A DNA stretch of 64,000 nt, from positions 26,504 to 90,503 of the forward strand of contig JAXUUT010000104.1 of the NCBI GenBank assembly GCA_037230945.1. The letters run 5' to 3'. Below the pieces are notes generated by a model. It did not search any database, was not told the DNA's origin, and saw nothing but the letters and a program-made list of their open reading frames with translations. Source of the stretch: a bacterium. Its GTDB lineage: Bacteria; Desulfobacterota; Desulfovibrionia; Desulfovibrionales; Desulfovibrionaceae. Of the stretch, positions 58,529-64,000 are shown one piece after another (position 1 is the stretch's first letter; every line of letters begins with the position of its first letter). The position numbers were made by a program, and so were the translations under genes.

Positions 58529-60502
58529 ATGAAAAGAAGCGAACTTCACCAAAAACTGCTCGAGCAGAAAAGACGTCTGCTCAAGGGAGAACATCCTGAT
58601 CCCGGCATCGTGAGGGATTTCATTCTTCGATCATGGGAACGCTCCGCAGCCTGCGGCATCTCCATGTACAATACGGAGACCCTCACACTTGACCCCGGGC
58701 TTCTCCGACACATTCAGGAGCACCATCAGCCGCTCATTCAGTGCACCACGGAAGTGCTGAAGCACATGTTTTCGGGCATACGTCCCTTTTCCTCAAACAT
58801 GGCGCTCGCCAATGCCGAGGGCATCACCATCGCCGCATTCATCCCGGAAGGCGACGGGGCTCTCATGCCGTATATAGCGCCAGGCGTGCTGAGCAGTGAA
58901 AACATCATCGGCACGAACGGCATCGGTACCTGTCTCGCGGAAAAACGGCCCGTCGAAATCATAGGAGCGGAACATTATCGTCGTCTCGGAGAAAACTGGA
59001 GCTGCTCCGCCGCGCCCATTTTCGACGAGGAGCAGAACATCATTGCGGTACTCAACGTCGGCCAGCACAGGGAGCACTACCACGCGCACACCTTCGGCAT
59101 GGTCAAGGCTGCGGCCTACGCCATTTCGGAGCAGATGCGTCTTCGTTCTCTGCTGCGCAGACAGGAAAGCATCATAGAACTTCTCGATGAAGGCATTCTG
59201 GTTATCGCCAGAAACGGCATCATCCGCATGATGAACCGCATAGCTGCTCACATCATGGGCCTCCAGGCACCGGAGACCGGCAAAAACATAAAGGCACTGA
59301 TAGGGGAAAGCACTCTTCCCCTGTTCCGGGAACTTCTTGAGACCGTCGTTCCCGTGCGGGATCGGGAGGGACGCTTCGAGTTTCTAACGCACGGCAAGGC
59401 ATGCCTCTATTCCGTTCTTCCCGTCGCCGACACCGACGATGTGATCTTCGTCTTCAAGGAATCCCAGAAGGTCCGCAAACTGGCCGTCCGCATGACCGGC
59501 AACCGGGCAACGTACACCTTTGACGACATCATCGGACGATCCCCGAAGCTGAGAAAGGCCATCTCCGAGGCACAGGCCGTAGCGCCGCGTTCATCCACGG
59601 TACTTCTTCTCGGAGAATCGGGAACAGGCAAGGAACTCTTTGCCCAGTCCATACACAACGCAGGAGAGCACGCGTCCGGGCCGTTCATCACCGTCAACTG
59701 CGGAGCCATCCCGCGGGATCTTCTGGAAAGCGAGCTGTTCGGCTATGAATACGGCGCCTTTACCGGCGCAAGCAAAAGCGGCAAGCCCGGCAAGTTCGAG
59801 CTTGCTTCCGGCGGTACCATTTTTCTCGACGAAATCGGAGAAATGCCGCTGGATGCTCAGGTGGCCCTGCTGCGGCTGCTGCAGAACGGTGAGGTCACGC
59901 GCGTGGGAGGCTCCGTAAGCCGCAAGGTCGACGTGCGCGTCATCGCTGCAACCAACAGGAACCTTGAACACATGATGAAGGAAGGTACGTTCAGGGAGGA
60001 TCTCTTCTACCGCCTCAACGTTTACCCCATTGTAATTCCTCCCCTGCGCGAGAGGGAGGGCGATATACGTCTTCTGTCAGAACACTTTCTGAAAACGTTC
60101 GACAGAAAGCTGAACAAGGACGTCGCTTCCATGGATGAAAAAGTCATTTCATCCATGGAAGGCTATTTCTGGCCGGGCAATGTGCGCGAGCTGGAAAACG
60201 TCATGGAAAGAATGGTACATCTTGCCAAGGGGCAGATCATCAGCATGACGGACGTGCCGGAAATCATCACTGTGAAAAACGAAGCAGACAGGAAAAACGA
60301 CGACGATGCCACACTTGAAGGACATCGCCATTCGGCGGAGGCGCAGCATGTGCGAAAGATGCTTCTGGAGAACGGCGGAAACGTGCGAAAGACGGCGGAG
60401 GCGCTGGGGCTGTCGCGCCCCTACGTATACAGCAAAATGAAAAGCCTCGGCATAGACATAGCCGAAGTGCGCCGTGCGGCGCACCAGAATGAGCAGGCCT
60501 GA
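58529..60502 (+). CDS. Sigma-54-dependent transcriptional activator (AcoR/PrpR-like: GAF/PAS sensor, AAA+, Fis HTH)
   Basis: Walker A GESGTGKELFA, the GAFTGA motif (YEYGAFTGAS), RVIAATN, and a C-terminal HTH (GNVRKTAEALGLSRPYVYSKMK). I used ATG 58529. Confidence 0.92.
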   Translation: MKRSELHQKLLEQKRRLLKGEHPDPGIVRDFILRSWERSAACGISMYNTETLTLDPGLLRHIQEHHQPLIQCTTEVLKHMFSGIRPFSSNMALANAEGITIAAFIPEGDGALMPYIAPGVLSSENIIGTNGIGTCLAEKRPVEIIGAEHYRRLGENWSCSAAPIFDEEQNIIAVLNVGQHREHYHAHTFGMVKAAAYAISEQMRLRSLLRRQESIIELLDEGILVIARNGIIRMMNRIAAHIMGLQAPETGKNIKALIGESTLPLFRELLETVVPVRDREGRFEFLTHGKACLYSVLPVADTDDVIFVFKESQKVRKLAVRMTGNRATYTFDDIIGRSPKLRKAISEAQAVAPRSSTVLLLGESGTGKELFAQSIHNAGEHASGPFITVNCGAIPRDLLESELFGYEYGAFTGASKSGKPGKFELASGGTIFLDEIGEMPLDAQVALLRLLQNGEVTRVGGSVSRKVDVRVIAATNRNLEHMMKEGTFREDLFYRLNVYPIVIPPLREREGDIRLLSEHFLKTFDRKLNKDVASMDEKVISSMEGYFWPGNVRELENVMERMVHLAKGQIISMTDVPEIITVKNEADRKNDDDATLEGHRHSAEAQHVRKMLLENGGNVRKTAEALGLSRPYVYSKMKSLGIDIAEVRRAAHQNEQA

Positions 60503-60702
60503 CCCCATGCGGCAGAAAGTTTTTCCCCATCGTCACGGCGTATACGGCACAAGAGATGAAAGCGCCACGTCCGTGACGGTCTGACCGCGCGGCAAACAGA
60601 CATCGCCTGTTTTTCTCCCCGACGGGAGATGTCTGAGCCGACCGCCGGCCGTACCGAGGAAACTGTCGTCCTTTAGGCCTCTTCCTGCGCCCCGGATTGC
60701 AG

Positions 60703-60745
60703 AAGGAAAAAGCCCCACAAGGCATCAGCGACCTTATGGGGCTTT
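60703..60745 (-). terminator. Possible terminator downstream of tRNA-Sec
   Basis: 9-bp stem AAAGCCCCA / TGGGGCTTT with a 19-nt loop. On the minus strand it is followed by TTTTTCC. Confidence 0.45.
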
Positions 60746-60758
60746 ATGACAGTATTGC

Positions 60759-60852
60759 TGGCGGAAGCGTATAGGAGTCGAACCTACCTCAGACCTCTCA
60801 GCCTGACACTGGTTTTGAAGACCAGGCGCAACACCGGTTACGAGACGCCTCC
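60759..60852 (-). tRNA. selC: tRNA-Sec (selenocysteine, anticodon TCA)
   Basis: The reverse complement reads GGAGGCGTCTCGTAACCGGTGTTGCGCCTGGTCTTCAAAACCAGTGTCAGGCTGAGAGGTCTGAGGTAGGTTCGACTCCTATACGCTTCCGCCA. It has an 8-bp acceptor stem, anticodon loop CTTCAAA, a long variable arm, and the AGGTTCGACTCCT T-arm also found in E. coli selC. Confidence 0.92.
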
Positions 60853-61010
60853 GCCCGCGAAAATAGAAAAAAGCGGCTTCGCCGTCAAGCTTTGCCATTT
60901 TCTTCCGTCCGGCCTCCTTGCATTATACCGGAAGAAGCCTTATCGTCATAATGAATCCGCAGAATTGTTGCGGTGAACCTTGCCATTTACCCCTTCGGGA
61001 GGAAACATTC

Positions 61011-61718
61011 ATGAATAACGCTTCTCGTGACCAGGTGCAGAGCTACGGGCGCTCCAGCGTTGCCGTCTACATGCAGCAGGTCTATCTCTGGATGACTGCC
61101 GCCCTTGGCGTGACCGCGCTTGCCGCCGTGTTCACGGCCTCCAACATGGCCATCATGCAGTTTCTTTTCACCAACACCATCATGATGGTTCTGCTCATGG
61201 TGGCCGTCATCGGTCTTTCCATGTTCATCACGGCCAGAATGCACGTGCTTTCTGCCGGAACGGCCACTGGCCTGTTCCTGCTGTACTCCGCGCTCATGGG
61301 CGTGTTCCTCGGACCGGTGCTTCTCGTGTATACCGGGGCCTCCGTGGCTCAGGCCTTCATCGTCACCGCCGGCATGTTCGGCGGCATGAGCGTGTTCGGC
61401 ATGGTCACCAAGCGTGACCTTTCCGGCATGGGCAGCTTCCTCATCATGGGTCTGTGGGGCATTCTGCTCGCGAGCCTCGTCAACGCCTTCATCGGCAACA
61501 CCGCCGTCGACCTCACCATCAGCGTGCTCGGCGTCATCATCTTCACCGGCCTCACCGCCTTTGACACCCAGAAGCTGCGCATGATGGGTGAAAGCGCTCC
61601 CGTGGACGACAGCCTTGCCATGCGCCGCGGTGCCCTGCTCGGCGCGCTTACGCTGTACCTCGACTTCATCAACATGTTCCTCATGCTGCTGCGGCTTCTC
61701 GGCAACCGCAACAACTGA
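61011..61718 (+). CDS. BAX inhibitor-1 / YccA family membrane protein
   Basis: 235 aa with 7 TM segments. It has FMQQVYLWM-type N-terminus (YMQQVYLWMTAAL) and the C-terminal motif GALTLYLDFINMFLMLLRLLG. The ATG at 61011 has a GGGAGGA SD. Confidence 0.85.
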   Translation: MNNASRDQVQSYGRSSVAVYMQQVYLWMTAALGVTALAAVFTASNMAIMQFLFTNTIMMVLLMVAVIGLSMFITARMHVLSAGTATGLFLLYSALMGVFLGPVLLVYTGASVAQAFIVTAGMFGGMSVFGMVTKRDLSGMGSFLIMGLWGILLASLVNAFIGNTAVDLTISVLGVIIFTGLTAFDTQKLRMMGESAPVDDSLAMRRGALLGALTLYLDFINMFLMLLRLLGNRNN

Positions 61719-61734
61719 CATCCGGACATTCAGG

Positions 61735-61775
61735 GAGGCCGCGACAATTCGCGGCCTCCCTTCACGTTTTTCCCG
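61735..61775 (+). terminator. Rho-independent terminator after the BI-1 gene
   Basis: 11-bp stem GGGAGGCCGCG / CGCGGCCTCCC followed by TTCACGTTTTT. Confidence 0.75.
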
Positions 61776-61842
61776 GCCGTTTTCGTGCCGGCCGTTATCT
61801 CATCAGGGGGCTGTTCCGTCCGCCCCGCAAAGAGCCTTTCCC

Positions 61843-62193
61843 ATGAAAAGGGTCAGAATCACCGTTCTGAAAACGACATTCGATCAGGAACTCGCCCGCG
61901 AATACGGCGTGAAGGGCCTTGGTCCCTGTCCCATGATGAAGGCCGGCGACGTTTTTCTTGCCGACTACGCAAAACCCGACCATTTCTGCGACGAAGCCTG
62001 GAAGGCCATCTACCAGTATGTCTTCGCTCTGGCCCACGGTTCCAGAACCGAACTTTTCTACTACGGCGACTGGATAAGAACGCCGGGCGTGGCCATAGTG
62101 AGCTGCAACGACGGTCTGCGCCCCGTCATCTTCAAGTTGGAACGCACGGACGAAGATTCCGTCATAAACTACACGCCCGTTCAGCGCGCCTGA
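61843..62193 (+). CDS. Small conserved Cys-containing protein resembling the TIGR04076 family
   Basis: MKRVRITVLKTTFDQELAREYG..GPCP...FCDEAW..I......HG....VSCNDGLRPVIFKLERTDE matches my recollection of TIGR04076-type proteins. I used ATG 61843. Confidence 0.6.
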   Translation: MKRVRITVLKTTFDQELAREYGVKGLGPCPMMKAGDVFLADYAKPDHFCDEAWKAIYQYVFALAHGSRTELFYYGDWIRTPGVAIVSCNDGLRPVIFKLERTDEDSVINYTPVQRA

Positions 62194-62256
62194 CGCGCGG
62201 TCCGTCACCGTCCGACGGCCCATGTGGGCACGAACGTCTTTCCGCCCGGTGCCGCC

Positions 62257-63393
62257 ATGGCGAAACGCCATCCTCTCCAAAATATTCTCTCTCCTCTTCT
62301 TCTGCCTCTCTCCCTGCTCTACGGTCTGGGGGGAAGTTTTCGGAGACACCTTGCCCGAAACGGTACGCTCAGACAGTGGAAACCTCCTCGTCCCTGCATT
62401 TCCGTAGGAAACATCTCCTGGGGAGGCACGGGCAAAACTCCTGTTACGGACTGGCTGCTCTCCCAGGCATCGAAGAGGAATCTGCGAGCCGCCGTGCTCA
62501 CGCGCGGCTACGGCGCCCATCCTTCCACCCTTCCCCTGCGCGCCTGTCCCGGCGTCCCCGCCTCGGAGTGCGGGGACGAACCGCTCATGCTGGCTTCTGC
62601 TCATCCCGATGCCGTCGTCATGGTCGACCCGGACAGAAACCGGGCCGGACGTTTTCTTGAGGAACACGATCCGCCCGACTTCTATCTGCTTGACGACGGA
62701 TTTCAGCATCTTTCCACGGGCCGGGATCTCGACATCGTGCTTCTCGACAAAGACGACGTGCCCTTCACCCCCTTCCCCGGATGCCCCCCGACCAACTGGA
62801 ACAGGGTCATTCCTGCAGGAAGCTGGCGGGAACGGGAAACGGCGCTGGATGACGCCGATATTTTTCTCATAAAAACCGAGCCCGAAGACTGGCCCGCCCT
62901 CGTTCCCGCTCTGAAAGCGCGACTTTCGAGCCGGCCCCGACCGGTGTTCGCATTCCGCATGGCCCCTGTCGGCCTGCGGTCTCTCGCCGTGCATGAGGCA
63001 GGCCATGGCGGCACCCTGCATGAGGATGCCTCTGCCATTGCCGGTCCCTACGCGTTCGTCTGCGGCATCGGCGACCCTGCCCAGGCCCTGCGCACGGTCA
63101 CCGAATTTTTCCGCAGGCCCCCGGAAAACATACTTTCCTTTCCCGATCATCACGACTTCCGCAGGGAAAAGGCCACCATCGAAGCCATGGGCCTTCCCGT
63201 TGTCTGCACCGGCAAGGACGCCGTCAAGCTCACGTCTCTCGATCTTGCCGTTCCCGCCTTTTCTCTCGAGGTATCGGCCGAGTTCTTCGCCTCCCTGAGC
63301 GCGGAAGCCGTTGCCGGAGACTCTTCTTCGTGCGAACCGGAAACGGACTTTGAAACCTGGTGGAACGGCTGGCTCACCCGTCATCTCATCTGA
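62257..63393 (+). CDS. lpxK: Tetraacyldisaccharide 4'-kinase
   Basis: P-loop VGNISWGGTGKTPV and LDDGFQH. The start could be 62257 (MAKRHPLQ) or 62224. Confidence 0.88.
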   Translation: MAKRHPLQNILSPLLLPLSLLYGLGGSFRRHLARNGTLRQWKPPRPCISVGNISWGGTGKTPVTDWLLSQASKRNLRAAVLTRGYGAHPSTLPLRACPGVPASECGDEPLMLASAHPDAVVMVDPDRNRAGRFLEEHDPPDFYLLDDGFQHLSTGRDLDIVLLDKDDVPFTPFPGCPPTNWNRVIPAGSWRERETALDDADIFLIKTEPEDWPALVPALKARLSSRPRPVFAFRMAPVGLRSLAVHEAGHGGTLHEDASAIAGPYAFVCGIGDPAQALRTVTEFFRRPPENILSFPDHHDFRREKATIEAMGLPVVCTGKDAVKLTSLDLAVPAFSLEVSAEFFASLSAEAVAGDSSSCEPETDFETWWNGWLTRHLI

Positions 63394-63459
63394 CGGAACG
63401 CCGCCGTCTTCCCACATCTGCAAACCGGGCATTTTCCTGCCCGAAAAGATAAGAACATC

Positions 63460-64000
63460 ATGAAAAAACAGGAAGATTTCGACGAACAGCTTTTGTTCGA
63501 CATTCTCAGAAACGCAGGACGCCCCCTGCGACTCGACGACATTCTCCGCATCGGCTCCTTTTCCCGCAAGCTCAAAAGGGACGTTCAGGAAGCGCTGCAC
63601 GATCTTGCGCGCAACGGCGAGGTCGTCCGTCTCGAGGGCGGGAGCTGGGTTCTGGCTGAACACCTGAAAAGACGCCGCGGCGTACTGGCTGCTCAGCGAT
63701 CCGGCGCGGCCTTCGTCACTCCAGAAGACGCGCAGGCAAAATCCGGACAGGACATCTACATCGCGCCCGAGGACGTGGGCGACGCCTGGAACGGCGACAT
63801 TGTGGACGTCATGCTCCTTCCCAAAAAGCGCGGTTCGCTCAAAAAGCAGGAAGGCCGCGTCATCGCCGTGGTGAGCCGCGCCCGGACGGACATCGTGTGC
63901 CGCGTTCTGCGCAAAGGCAGCAAAGAAAACGCCATGATCTGCCGCCCCGCGGACTCCCGGCTTTGCTTCGACGTTCTGACCGACGTGTCGGCTCTGGAAA
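63460..64000 (+). CDS. rnr: Ribonuclease R, N-terminal part (3' end lies outside the window)
   Basis: The frame is open from ATG 63460 to the window edge and is not in the ORF track. The N-terminal winged-helix region is LLFDILRNAGRPLRLDDIL, followed by cold-shock/OB-like GVLAAQRSGAAFVTPED...DIYIAPEDVGDAWNGDIV. Confidence 0.75.
   Translation, partial: MKKQEDFDEQLLFDILRNAGRPLRLDDILRIGSFSRKLKRDVQEALHDLARNGEVVRLEGGSWVLAEHLKRRRGVLAAQRSGAAFVTPEDAQAKSGQDIYIAPEDVGDAWNGDIVDVMLLPKKRGSLKKQEGRVIAVVSRARTDIVCRVLRKGSKENAMICRPADSRLCFDVLTDVSALE

Overview
This is a 64-kb high-GC bacterial chromosomal segment, densely coding on both strands. I call about 54 protein genes and 2 tRNAs. I saw no rRNA, CRISPR array, transposase, integrase or phage genes. 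The gene content (SelB plus tRNA-Sec, HypF, a SahR-AhcY pair, CstA, a sigma-54 activator, TAXI-TRAP) suggests a Desulfovibrionaceae-like anaerobe, but that is inference only. Most of the window is housekeeping: proS, xseA / xseB-ispA-dxs, pgpA-ruvX-mltG, selB, ffh-rpsP, hup, hypF, sahR-ahcY, rpmH-rnpA-yidD-yidC-jag, psd-pssA, lpxK and rnr. Two accessory-looking blocks stand out. (1) At 39.6-44.0 kb on the minus strand, an 891-aa fusion protein has two FemAB/CelD-like GNAT-fold modules flanking a TraB/GumN/TIKI-type domain. It sits 13 nt upstream of a radical SAM/SPASM enzyme, which is followed by a GNAT acetyltransferase. I found no recognisable precursor-peptide gene. This is my best candidate for an undescribed system. 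(2) At 51.7-60.5 kb lies a sigma-54-dependent operon: an amidohydrolase-fold paralogue, an Fe-S flavin enoate/dienoyl-CoA-reductase-type enzyme, a TAXI-TRAP transporter and a second amidohydrolase-fold paralogue. It has a near-consensus -24/-12 promoter, a 49-bp palindrome that is a likely activator site, a divergent AcoR/PrpR-type activator, and tRNA-Sec next door. Both amidohydrolase paralogues appear to lack the canonical metal ligands. Many very long ORFs in the supplied track are antisense or alternative-frame shadows typical of high-GC DNA and were rejected. All domain calls come from reading motifs by eye; no database search was run.
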